A stretch of DNA of 35,047 nucleotides. Source: Octopus bimaculoides. Lineage: Eukaryota. Under the pieces are notes generated by a model that was given only the letters and a program-made list of their open reading frames with translations, had not been told where the DNA came from and made no database searches. Below, piece by piece: positions 22,958 through 35,005 of this stretch. The first letter of the stretch is position 1. Every line of letters begins with the position of its first letter. Position numbers and translations under genes: made by a program. The stretch lies in the NCBI RefSeq assembly GCF_001194135.2, contig NC_068983.1, positions 42,589,813-42,624,859 of the forward strand. The letters run 5' to 3'.

Positions 22958-24487
22958 TGGGTGGGTGTATGTATATATATGCCATCATCATCATTTTACA
23001 TTTACTTTCCATGTTTGCATGGGTTAGATGAGTAATCATGCACAGAGTTACTTTCTATTCAGGGGTTATTGCTCTTGCCCTTGTAAATGAACCAGGAACT
23101 ACTGCATTTACTTGTGTGTAAATCACACTTTTATACTTGCCAGCCCCTGTTAAACCACCCAACCCATGTCAGAATGGCAGATATAGTGTGACAATGGTGA
23201 TGATGACACCATACTGATAACAGAGTTATGGCCCTTGTGCATGGACACAGCACAGTACAACTATAGAACATCCATCCTCATTTATCACAGAAGATTTAGT
23301 AGAAACAAACAAAAAAAAACAGTGATAATTGAATCGTCTCCTTGTATTTTATGAATGAAACAAATGGTAGATTTAGTGACACTGAAATTGTGGCCAACAC
23401 AATGAAGCTTCAACCCCCACATATTTTTTTAATCATCTCTACTTTTTTTTCTGTAGAGAATACACTTCTTTGCATCATCTGTTTGTATCAGGCGCCGCCA
23501 TACTTTTTCTGTTCACTGACCCCATGTTGATGGATAGGAGTACAAGTAAATCCATATAAAGAATATGTAACCCTACAGCACAGTGAAGCAAAAAGCATGC
23601 AATTGTCAGTGCATTGTGGGTAGCTGAGAATTGCAAGTGGTCACTGGGGAGCATTTTTGAAGTACAAGGTGAATCTTTGACTGGACGCTGACTCAGGATC
23701 ACTGATGAATGCGGATAGATGAACTACAATCGAAACTTCACGATCATACAATCTTTTCTAGATTTAGGACTACTCCAGTGACCTACACCACAGTGTTTAT
23801 GTAATTACAGACATTGCTGTGTGTGTTCTCAGGGAGATTCAGCATAACACAGAATGTAACAAAGCTGGCCCATTGAATTACAGGTACAATTCAACTTTCA
23901 CAGGTGAGCGGAGCAGAACAATAAGCCATGGGAAATCGAACTCACAATCTTACTATTATGAGCTGATTCTCCCTAACCCCTAAGCCATTCACCTTCATTT
24001 GTTCCAACATTAAAACCAAAAATATTCCAAGTTCACCAAAACGACACTCTCGCCCACTCATTCCTTTTACAACCAAATATTAAATACATTCAGGTAAATA
24101 TTTGTGTACGTGCGTGTACATATCTGTTTTGTTTGTCTTTTTCTCTTTCAGATCTATTTTGTTTGGCTTATGCAGCTGCAATGAAGACTATAAAAGACCC
24201 CTTTAACCACATCTCTGTCTAGCAACTCACTCCTTCCTCTCCCTCTCTCAGTCCCCAATTACTGCTATTTTTACTCTGGATCTCATTAGTTAGATAACTG
24301 CACTGTCATGTCAATCCTAAACAAGATGCTTTCCTTAATTAGTTGCTTTGATTTCAGCACTGCAGTTTTATTAACGAAGATGACAACAACCAGTCTACCT
24401 CTTGCTAACATCAAAACAAAGAAAGAAAGAATTAAGCAACATTGAGAAATGTATTGATATACACGTATCATCATCATTGTTTAATGT

Positions 24488-24815
24488 GTGAAGGTACATG
24501 GCTTAGTGGTTCAAGTATTCAGCTTACAACAGTAACGTTGTGATTTCAATACCTGGCAGCACATTGTTTCCTTGAGCAAGTCACTTTATTTCACATTGCC
24601 TCAGTCTACTAGGCTGACAAAAATGAGTAGAACCTGTTTTTTAAAGAGCCAGCCTTGTCACACTTTGTGTCAAGCTGAATCTCCCTGAGAACTACGTTAA
24701 TGGTACACGTGTCTGTGGAGTGCTTAGCCACTTGCAAGTTAATTTCATGAGCAGGCTGTTTCACTGAATGGATATACTGGAACTCTCCATGTTGTAACCG
24801 GCAGAGTACCAGTTT
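24488..24815 (+). mobile_element. tRNA-headed SINE family F, full length
   Basis: A box TGGCTTAGTGG, degenerate B box GATTTCAATACC, TCCTTGAGCAAGTCACTTTA central motif resembling CORE/Meta-type domains (from recall). Confidence 0.8.
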
Positions 24816-24837
24816 ATCATTCAATGTCCAGCTTCTA

Positions 24838-25555
24838 TACTGGGCATTGAACATGGGCTGGCATTCCAACATGGGTTGGACAGTTCAACAGGATTCAAGA
24901 AACCAGAGAACTGCATCAAGTTCCAATGTCTACCTTACCATGGCTTCTACAGTTAGAAGCCCTTCTGAATGCCGACCACTTTACAGTGTGTACTGCGTGG
25001 TGATTTTTTTTTTTTTTTTTTGCTGTGGCACCAGCATTTGTGAGGTCACAAAGTAACCAACAAAACAAAGAAAAAGACCTTTCAACAAGGGGGGAATTGA
25101 AGTACAGAGGGAGGTGGCATTATGCAAGGTGTTGAGAAGCTAAACTATGATGGAGGGACAGGCACAGGGTTAACCCGCATTATATAAAGGTGGGTAGAAG
25201 TATCATCATCATCATTTCACAGCCATCTTCCCTGGTGTCATGGGTTTGACAGTTTGATAAAATCCAAAGAGGTAAAGAACTGCATCAAGCTCCAATGTTT
25301 GCTTTGACATAGTTTCTGTGGTCGGATGCCCTTCCTAATGCCAACCACTTTACAGATTTGTACTGGGTGCTTATTCCATTGCACCAGCACTAGTGAGATT
25401 GCCAAGTAACTTACAAACCCAAAGGAAAAGACCTCTTGACAAGGTGGAGTTCTATCAGAGAGAGAGATAGCATTATGCAAGATGTTGAGAGGATAAAATA
25501 TGATAGAGGAGCAAGCACAGGTGTCCCATTATAGAGATATAGTATGGCTACCCCA
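24838..25555 (-). mobile_element. Two head-to-tail family A variant copies (24838-25175, 25203-25555)
   Basis: Both share the extension GCATTATGCAAGRTGTTGAGA...GCACAGG. Confidence 0.7.
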
Positions 25556-25617
25556 TACTATAGAAGGGTAACTAATATGTGTGTGTGTATACACACACAC
25601 ACACACTAGTAATCAAC

Positions 25618-25794
25618 CTCATATGCACTGTCAGCATGAAAATATGCATAAATCGCTCAGGTTTATCTGGGCACATGAGGGTGTACAGAGAAAGCCATCA
25701 GAATGATCTGGAACAACCAAGAAGTCAAACAAATTTGTATGACTGTTGTATCCACAACAAGTTCTCTAAGTCACTGAGAGGATTCAAGAACTGT
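25618..25794 (+). pseudogene. Decayed fragment with two C2H2-like motifs, probably an RTE-clade LINE C-terminus
   Basis: LICTVSMKICINRSGLSGHMRVY ... YDCCIHNKFSKSLRGFKN: C-x2-C..C..GL..H.R.H pattern with several ligands mutated and no TGEKP linker. Confidence 0.5.
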
Positions 25795-26466
25795 TGTTGT
25801 TGTTCTTTCTCACAATGTGTAATATTGAGATGATTTTACATAGGCAGCCATGATCATAGTCATTTAACTAGTCAACAACCATCACATGTATCATAATCGT
25901 TTAATGTCTGTTTTCCATGCTGGCATGGGTTGGACGGTTTTCCTGGGGACTGGCAAGGCAGAAGACTACACCAGGCTCCGTATGTATGTATTTATGCATA
26001 TATGCATGCTTGTATGTACATATGCATTCTTTTATTCTTTTATGTGTTTTAGCCAGAGGCTGTGGTCATGCTGGGGCACTACCAGCGTTATCACCTTTTC
26101 AATAGCCATTGTTTGGTGACTGGCTTTTGGTGAAGGAGTGCATGTGTGTGTGTGTGTATATGTGATGTGTATGAACCCATGTACCGGATTTGCGTAATAT
26201 ATTTAAAATCATATACAAATATATTTCAAAAACAAACCATGATTCAAGTAACAGCCTTTGGCGAGAAACATATCATTTATCTACAAGTTCTTTAAATCCC
26301 AACCTTCTTAGAAGATACAGAAAAGAGACTAACTGATGCTCCTAAGTGATCTTTTGTTGAAAAATATTGGATAAATGCACTCCAACAAAGCATTACAAGA
26401 GAAAATCAAAGGAAAACAACAGGTCTTTATGTTTGATAAACAACAGCCTGTTTGTTAGAAAACATT

Positions 26467-26505
<39 letters not shown>

Positions 26506-26755
26506 GGCTCATAGAAACAGAATTATGTTTGTCAATAAAAATAGAGATTGCATTCTTAGAAGATAATGATTGCAAGATGAGAATACACATGGATTAGACA
26601 GAGAAACAAAACACCCTTTGTGAATTAAGCTCTATGGCAAATAGTGGCTACTTCACAAATATTCAGGATTATATATATATATATATACACGCACACACAC
26701 AAACATAAAAACAAATACAACAGGCACATATATACAAACATACACACACACACAC

Positions 26756-26806
<51 letters not shown>

Positions 26807-28063
26807 TTCAAAGTTAATTGTTATTCAATAGTTTATGAGATTATGTTGTGTACTATATCAAAGTGTAACTAGAAATCTTGTTTTAATAAGATGTAATTAT
26901 TCAGTCAGGCCATTCCTGCATTGAAACACTAACCAGTCTTTTTCTCTCATAAGTGTTTAATTTCTTATATTCTGTTTTTTTTTTGTTTTTTTTTTTTCTT
27001 GGACTTCTATATCAAACGGTAAATTTTATATTTTTGATTTCAGCCGTGATAAATGTGGACAACTACGTAAAAATAATTGGATATGCTGATGTGCGCTACA
27101 ATTGGCTATGACAAAAATAACTTACAAACTGTAGAAAGCCATCAAGGAACCAAAACTTACCTAGAAACAAAAAACAAAACAAAAAAACATTACAACATAT
27201 AGAAAATTATTAACAACAATAAGAGGAAGAAAAAATTTTTTTTTTTTTTTTTTAAATTCAAGAAAACATGAGAAAAGGTAAGCAGCAAGTTTCTTAGTCA
27301 TTAAGATACCAATTTGTCTGAGACAAGTGGTGGATCCATAACAGAAACTGACAAATATTTCACCCTTTACCATTCAGATTATTTTGTCAAATGTAATGTT
27401 TATTTATTCACATTGTTTTCAATTAATCATTTGTTATCTTGTAGTTTTGATGTTTTGATGAAGTAATTGTTTATTTTAAGAATGACATTGTAGGCTGAAT
27501 GTGAGAGGTTGGATGTAGTTGGTTCAAACATAAGACATGTAAATCACTTGGGTCTGATATGAATGGTTTAAATGCTAAAACGTGAAAGTAACCCAAGTAA
27601 AAAAAAGTTCTGTGAAATTGTGTTAATTTGTTCCAAATACCACACTAATAATGACCAAATTACAAAGAATTTGACTAAATTCTTTGTAATTTTCAAAATT
27701 AACTGAAACAAGTGCAAAATATTTTGACAGAAATATATAAGAAAAAGATCAAAGTGTCCAATCTAAATTAAAATCTTAGATGACGTTTTCATGTTAATTT
27801 GTTCCAAATATCAGCTTAATGATGATGAAGTTATTTTGCCAAATACTTCATTATTTTCCAAACAAATCAAAACAAAGGTCATCAGATACGAGGTAGCAAA
27901 AGGGTTAAAGTGATCCGTATTAAAGTATTGCAACAAAATTTCATGATAATTTGTTTCACATACCAGCTTAACAACAAAGACTACTGTAGACCCAAAGCAA
28001 CTAACGCCTTGCAAGTGACTTTAGCAGACAAAAATGTGTAGAAGCATGTTGTGTATGTATGTA

Positions 28064-28102
<39 letters not shown>

Positions 28103-28759
28103 NNNNNNNNNNNNNNNNNNNNNNNNNNNNNNNNNNNNNNNNNNNNNNNNNNNNNNNNNNNNNNNNNNNNNNNNNNNNNNNNNNNNNNNNNNNNNNNNNN
28201 NNNNNNNNNNNNNNNNNNNNNNNNNNNNNNNNNNNNNNNNNNNNNNNNNNNNNNNNNNNNNNNNNNNNNNNNNNNNNNNNNNNNNNNNNNNNNNNNNNNN
28301 NNNNNNNNNNNNNNNNNNNNNNNNNNNNNNNNNNNNNNNNNNNNNNNNNNNNNNNNNNNNNNNNNNNNNNNNNNNNNNNNNNNNNNNNNNNNNNNNNNNN
28401 NNNNNNNNNNNNNNNNNNNNNNNNNNNNNNNNNNNNNNNNNNNNNNNNNNNNNNNNNNNNNNNNNNNNNNNNNNNNNNNNNNNNNNNNNNNNNNNNNNNN
28501 NNNNNNNNNNNNNNNNNNNNNNNNNNNNNNNNNNNNNNNNNNNNNNNNNNNNNNNNNNNNNNNNNNNNNNNNNNNNNNNNNNNNNNNNNNNNNNNNNNNN
28601 NNNNNNNNNNNNNNNNNNNNNNNNNNNNNNNNNNNNNNNNNNNNNNNNNNNNNNNNNNNNNNNNNNNNNNNNNNNNNNNNNNNNNNNNNNNNNNNNNNNN
28701 NNNNNNNNNNNNNNNNNNNNNNNNNNNNNNNNNNNNNNNNNNNNNNNNNNNNNNNNNNN
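28103..28759. other. Assembly gap (N run)
   Basis: N run after (TA)n. Confidence 1.
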
Positions 28760-28971
28760 GTAAATAAGTCATAACATTTAAAAAAATATAAGTCTCCTAT
28801 TTGTGTATTAAAATATTTTATACACTCTTATATTTTAAAATATACACATTCATGTGTGTGTGTGCCTGCCTGTGTTTGTAACACACCCCTCACTCTTTGA
28901 CAGCTAGTGTTAGTTTGATTATATTCTTGTAACAAAATGTGAAATACTGGGGAAAATTTGTTCAACTAAAC

Positions 28972-29239
28972 CATTGATTTTCAACCAGGGTCCACATAAG
29001 ATTTTGTTATTGAAATTTATCTGCAAAAATAGAGTCTGGTGCAACCTCCTGGCTTGCCAGTCCTCAGTCAAACCATCCAACCCATGCCAGCATGGAAAGC
29101 GGACGTTAAATGATGACGATGATGATGTTTAATCATAGAAAATGAGATTTTATTAAAACTTCAAATGGCTGTTGGGGTCACTCTAAAGTAAAATAAGAGT
29201 CAAAGGGGCTCATAGGTAGGATATGGTTGAGAAACACTG
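28972..29239. mobile_element. hAT (Charlie/Tip100-like) MITE with 8-bp TSD, interrupted by a family A fragment (29032-29127)
   Basis: TIRs CATTGATTTTCAACC / GGTTGAGAAACACTG; flanks AACTAAAC / AACCAAAC (7 of 8 match). Confidence 0.8.
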
Positions 29240-31280
29240 AACCAAACCCTTCAAAGTGGTGCCCCAGTATGGCCACAGTCCAATGAAAGAAACAAGTAAA
29301 AGATTAAAACGAATAGCTTAGTAAGAACCACAGTAGTATTATAAACCACATTTAGTCAAAGAATTTGAAAGAAATATTTCATACGACTGCAAAAGAAAGT
29401 TTAATTCAATTTGTGCAAAATTAAAACACTGCAGTGACGTCAATAGAGTGAATTCTAAGAAGCGGCTGACTTCTTCAAGAGAGGAAAGCAAAAGAAAGTA
29501 TGTGTATATCGTGACTAGCAGAGATAAAGAGAATAATTATATAATTATTGGAATCTGAAGAATAGGTCTCAGGTGAATTCGTAAGAAATGCAACAGGTTG
29601 TCTTTCCTCTTCTCCCTCTTGAAATATTAAAAGATTCAATAGATTCTTTGATTAGAGAAACAACTGTTTATTTAGATATAATCCGCAGACAAAAAACTTA
29701 ATGTTTAGAGATTAAGAATATTCTGGATTATTTATAGTGAAATAGAATGAAAGATTAACAATGGTTTCAAATTCTGACACAAAGTGAAGAATTTTAGGAG
29801 GAGAGTAAGTTGATCACATCGACCCTGGAGGGATGAAAGGCAAAGGTGATCCTGATGGAATTTGAACTCAGAATGGAATGAGTTGGAAGAAATGCTATTA
29901 GGCATGTTGCCTGACACTCTAAAGATTCTGCCAGTTTGCTGCCTTGAATCAAAAGTTAATAAATGGTTTCAAATTTTGGTGCAAGGTCAGTAATTTCAAG
30001 GGTGGTGGTGAGTCAAATACACCTACCCTGGTGTATAACTGGTATTTATTTCCTCAACCCAAACGATGACAGGCAAAGCAGACCTCGGCGGAATTTGAAT
30101 TCAGAACGTTAAGCTAGAAGAGCTGCTAAGCATTTTGCTCAGTATGCTAACGATTCTGCTGGCTCGCTGCCTTAATCAAAGATTAATGATAATGAGCAAT
30201 TGATGATTAATGCAATCAAATTCCACTGCCTCCAGGAAAAATATCTTTTTCCCACGAGAAATTCAATCTTGTTATTTGGTCAGAGCTGATCTGGGGTTAA
30301 ACAACATCTTGACCCCTACTATTTGTGAAAAGTCAAGCCACCCTATTGCCTCCTTCTCCTCTTCCTTACCATACACTCCACACCAAACAGTGACTGCTCC
30401 CTTACCTCGTGCCCTACTTCATCTTCTCATCACCCCACCCCTTGCCTAGAATCATCACCTACTCTCTCTTCTATTATCCCTCATTTATAGGAGCTGCTTT
30501 AGACCCTTAGCTTTGCACATTATGAGGTGAATTTTACTAGTGCCAGGACCCCATCCCCCAGTATACTCATTGAAATGGCTGGCATTAGAAAGGGCATCCA
30601 GCTGTAGAAACCATACCAAAGCAGACATAAGTGCGTGACAATCTTATTAGTCAGAACCTGTCGAGTTACACAATCCATGTCAGCATGGAAACCAGGAATT
30701 AAATGATGATGGAGGTGGTGATGTTGATGAAGATACAGCAAAACCTATCGTTATGAGCAAGAATTAAAAAAGTTTACTGTAGTAATTAAAAGACTCTGTC
30801 AGAGGTAATTAAAAGAATGTTTGTCAGCTTGCTGTAATGGTGACTGCTAGCTTTTAAGACAACAGCAAAAATATTTCTAAGAAAATTTACACTTAGTGAT
30901 TCTATCAGTCCTGACAATTCTGTCATCAACCAAACTGTTGAGACAGACAGAAAGACAAACAGGTTGGAAACAATAGATAACTTAAAGAGTAATCAAGTTT
31001 CACTGTAATTTCATGTCAATGAGGGCATTTACTGCTCCAATAGTCCACATTGACTAAGTGCTTGGCAAGCAGTATCGCAGTAACTGATTAAAGAGAAATA
31101 ATTGGTTGAAGTAAAAATAAACAAATGAGAAGCAATTACCAACTAACTCTTTTAGGTATATCTTGATAACAAAATTAAAAGCTCAATTGATTTCAATGGT
31201 TCAGATCTATGGCAGAAACAATTACTTGTTCACTGATTCTATTGATATTCTGGTTTAGAATCATCACTATTATCATTATT

Positions 31281-31530
31281 ATCATCATGAAACATCCATT
31301 TTCCATGCTGTCATGGGTTGGACGATTTGACAGGAGCTGGCAAGGCCAGGAGCCATACCGGATTTCAATGTCTGTCTTGACTTGGTTTCTACAGCCAGAT
31401 ATCCTTCCTATCACCAACCACTTTATAGAGTGTTCTTGATGCAGCCTTTTGGCTTGCTAGTCCTCAGTCAAACTGTCCAACCCATGCCAGCATGGAAAGT
31501 GGATGTTAAACGATGATGATGATGATGATG
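31281..31530. mobile_element. Head-to-head family A pair forming a fold-back
   Basis: Arms 31291-31331 and 31467-31507 are reverse complements at 37 of 41 positions. Confidence 0.8.
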
Positions 31531-31532
31531 AA

Positions 31533-31822
31533 TCAACCCCAATAAATTTTTAAAGCCTGGTACTTATTCTATCAGTCGCTTTTGCCGAATCACTATGTGT
31601 GTGTGTGTGGGGGGGGAACAGACCCAGGCACAAACACACACACACACACACACGAATATACATACATGACAAGCTTCTTCCAGTTTCCCTCTACAAAATC
31701 CACTCACAAGGCTTTGGTTGACCTGAAGCTATAGTAGAAGACACTTGCCAAAAGCTCAATGCAGTGGGACTGAACCTGGAACCATATGATTGCGAAGCCA
31801 ACTTCTTACCACGCAGCCACAC
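31533..31822 (-). mobile_element. SINE B1
   Basis: B box GGTTCAGTCCC (minus strand), (CA)n linker, GCCTGGTACTTATTCTATC tail segment. Confidence 0.8.
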
Positions 31823-32268
31823 CACAATTCTCCTACCATTTTAAGTTCTTAGCTCAAATCCCACATCTCCCTTTTTATCTTTTCAGGGTCGATAAAAGTA
31901 CCGTCAAGTACTGAGTCACTGCAATCAACTTGCCCCCTCCTCTCGAAATTGCTGGCCTGGAGCCAAAATTACAAAGATTTATTATTATTATTATTATTAC
32001 TGGAGATAATCACCAATGTGTTCAGTATTACGGAATTTTCAAAGAATCAAAGATAATCAGATCTGCCGCCAGTCATATGATATACGTCAGCAGCAATGCC
32101 TTCTACTCATAACAGCAGTTAATGTTGAAAGCAATAGTTGTTAGGCAGGTCACCAGTCCAAATATATTAATCAATCAAGCAACATAATTATGGACACAAA
32201 GTCATAACAAGATGATGAAGTCATTATAACAATATAACTCATTTAAACAATACAAAAAAAAAAAAAAA

Positions 32269-32426
32269 NNNNNNNNNNNNNNNNNNNNNNNNNNNNNNNN
32301 NNNNNNNNNNNNNNNNNNNNNNNNNNNNNNNNNNNNNNNNNNNNNNNNNNNNNNNNNNNNNNNNNNNNNNNNNNNNNNNNNNNNNNNNNNNNNNNNNNNN
32401 NNNNNNNNNNNNNNNNNNNNNNNNNN
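32269..32426. other. Assembly gap (N run)
   Basis: N run within poly(A). Confidence 1.
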
Positions 32427-32773
32427 AAAAAAAAAAAAAAAAAAAAAAAAAAGGAAAAAAAAGAACAACTATAAGTGAATTGGCAACAGAGTTGTTAGAG
32501 CATTAGATCAAGTGCTTCGTGCCATTAATTCTGATTGGCTGTATTCTGGGTTCAAATTCCACCAATATCAACTTTGCCATTCATTCATTCGTGGGGTTGG
32601 TAAAATAAACTACCAATACAGGGGATTGGAAGAACCATAAGAATGTCAGGCCAAATGCTCTGCTGATAAGTGGTCGGGCTATTCGGCTCACAACTGCAAG
32701 ATCATGACTCAGCTGACAAAAATGAGTAGTACCAGTAATCCAAAGGACCAACCTTGTCACATTTTGTGTCGCA

Positions 32774-32950
32774 CTCACGGAGGCAAAATGGCCAAGTTCC
32801 TTTCAAGCGTTGGGCCTCATGGAAGCAAAGTGGATGATTTCCTTTCGAGCATTGGGATTCATGGACGCAAAGTGGTTGAGTTCCTTTAAAGTATTGGGCC
32901 TCACGGAGGCAAAGTGACCAAATTTCTTTTGAGTGTTTGGCCTCAGAGGC
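32774..32950 (+). repeat. 42-bp tandem array (4 full units + partial) at the 5' end of a long family A copy
   Basis: Units start at 32774, 32816, 32858, 32900, 32942; consensus ~CTCACGGAGGCAAAGTGGCCGAGTTCCTTTCGAGCGTTGGGC. Confidence 0.9.
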
Positions 32951-33245
32951 AATGACCGAGACCTTAGGCATTATGTTGTGCTTGAGAAGAAGACCCATCA
33001 ATCCAAGCACACTTGCAGTCATGGCAGATACTGTTGTCACACAAATGGCACCTGTGCCAGTGGCATATAAAAGCACCCACTACACTCTCGGAGTGGTTGG
33101 CGTTAGGAAGGGAATCCAGCAGTAGAAACATTACCTGATCAAATTGGAGCCTGGTGCAGCCGCTGGCTTTCCAGACCTCAGTCAAACTGTTCAACCCATG
33201 CCAGCATGGAAAACAGATGGTAACCGATGATGGTGGTGATGATGA
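32774..33245 (+). mobile_element. Family A, longest copy in the window
   Basis: Array plus body collinear with 20383-20703 plus GAT-rich tail. Preceded by an F-type head (32655-32773) and followed by a B1 tail (33250-33460). Confidence 0.8.
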
Positions 33246-33484
33246 TGTATGTGTCATTGTTTGTCCCCCACCACCACATGACAATTGCTGTTGGTTTGTT
33301 TACATCCCTATGACATAGCAATTCGGCTAAAGAGACGATAGAATAAGTACAAATTTCAAAAATAAGTACTGGGCTTGATTCATTCAACCACACCCTTCAA
33401 AGCAGTGCCCCAGCATGGCCGCACACCAATGACTGAAACAAGAAAAAGATAAAAGATATACGCACATATACTCAAGTTATCTAT

Positions 33485-34060
33485 AGTGCCACATGAACCG
33501 CACCCAAGCTGGTGCCATGTAGAAAGTACCTGTATAACACACTGGTGATGCAATGAAAAAGCACCCAGTACACTCTATAAAACGGTTGGCATTAGAAATG
33601 GCATCCAGTCATAGAAACCATGTCAAAACAAACAGTAGGAACCCGGTGCAGCTCTTAGCTCTTGTCAGTGTTCAACCCATGCCAGTATCATCATCATTTA
33701 ATGTCTGTTTTCCACGCTGGCATGGATTGGATGGTCTGACTGAGAACTGGCAAGCCAGGAGGCTGCACCAGGCTCCAATCAGATCTGGCAAGGGTTCTAC
33801 AGCTGGATGCTTTTCCTATTACCAACTATTCCGAGAGTATAGTGAGAGCCAGTCAGGTGGCCCTAGCATCAGCCATGCTTGGACAGTGCTTTTTACATAC
33901 CACTGGCACGGGTGCCAGTCAGGCGGCACTGGACATCGGTCATGACTATTGATTTCACTAGGTTTAACAGGTCTTCAGAAGCACAGCATACTGCCCAACA
34001 ATTGAAGGCTGCTTTCAAGTGGGCCAGTTATGCAACACTGGCATTGGCCACAGCTACGGT
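33485..34060. mobile_element. Tail-to-tail family A pair (33485-33690 plus, 33685-34060 minus)
   Basis: CAACCCATGCCAG ... CTGGCATGGATTG about 30 nt apart, with a shared (ATC)n tail region. Confidence 0.75.
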
Positions 34061-35005
34061 CTTAGGAAAATGGATATTAGATGATGATGATGATGATGAT
34101 GATGTATATATTATATTTCAGCTTCAGAGTTTAATGTCAATCACTCATTCAAATTCAGTGTCAGATAAATTCAACAGAAGTTCTCAGCTGAATGTATCAA
34201 AACTTCAATATTATATTGTCTTTCTATGTTCTTGTTCGCTTGTTTAAGTAGGATTAATCAACATTTAATCAATATTTGAAGTTATTCCACAAAGCAGCAG
34301 ATTTAAAGCTTTTGTCGATGGCTCAGATCAGTTTAGCTTTCATTGTTTAATGTGAGAAATATTATCTTCATTTTGTCTTTGACATTCGGTTCTGCTGATA
34401 CCATAAACTTTTGTCGAACAGCTATTGAAGATGTATCTGTCTACTTATAGCAGAGAGGACAAGAGACAGAATGAGATACGGGACAGAAAAAGAAAGACTG
34501 AGAGAGACAGGTAGTATGTGATTGAGAGACAGTTGTTATAAATACTCACACATTCCATTATCATTTAACATCATTTTTAATGTCAACTTTTCTATGCTTG
34601 CATGGGTCATTCAGAGATTATTATGGCAAATTTTCAATGGTTGGATGTCTTCCTTGTTGCCCACACTCACCTGTTTCCTTTGTAACAAATATGGAATATG
34701 AAGATAAGGAAACACACCCTCACACATACACACACACATATATATATATATAGACATACATACCATATATATGATTAACTAAGACTGGTTAGTTTCCTTG
34801 TTTTTCTTCTTGTTTTGCCTTTGTGAGTTACAAGTATTGCTATCTGTTGGAGTTTTAGCACTTTAACTGTTTTTCAAATTGTTTTCAGAAAAAACTTTCT
34901 GGCAGGTCTCTTTATATAGTTTTATTGAGTGTGTAGGGGTGGAGAGAGAGATATATAGGATAGTAAGAGAGGGTGAGGAAAAGTGAGAGAGAGAGAGAGA
35001 GAAAG

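Noticed and set aside
27044-27135. In-frame TGA between cysteines (NWIC*CALQ) as selenocysteine
   Set aside because: No recognisable selenoprotein fold or SECIS seen; short and compatible with chance.
32774-32950. CRISPR-like array
   Set aside because: Eukaryotic context, no unique spacers and no cas genes; it is a plain tandem repeat.
3246-34247. ORF-track entries as host genes
   Set aside because: They run through N gaps, microsatellites (HTHT, YIYI, ERER, NNNN) or SINE bodies. Only the transposase and zinc-finger-like remnants show protein motifs.
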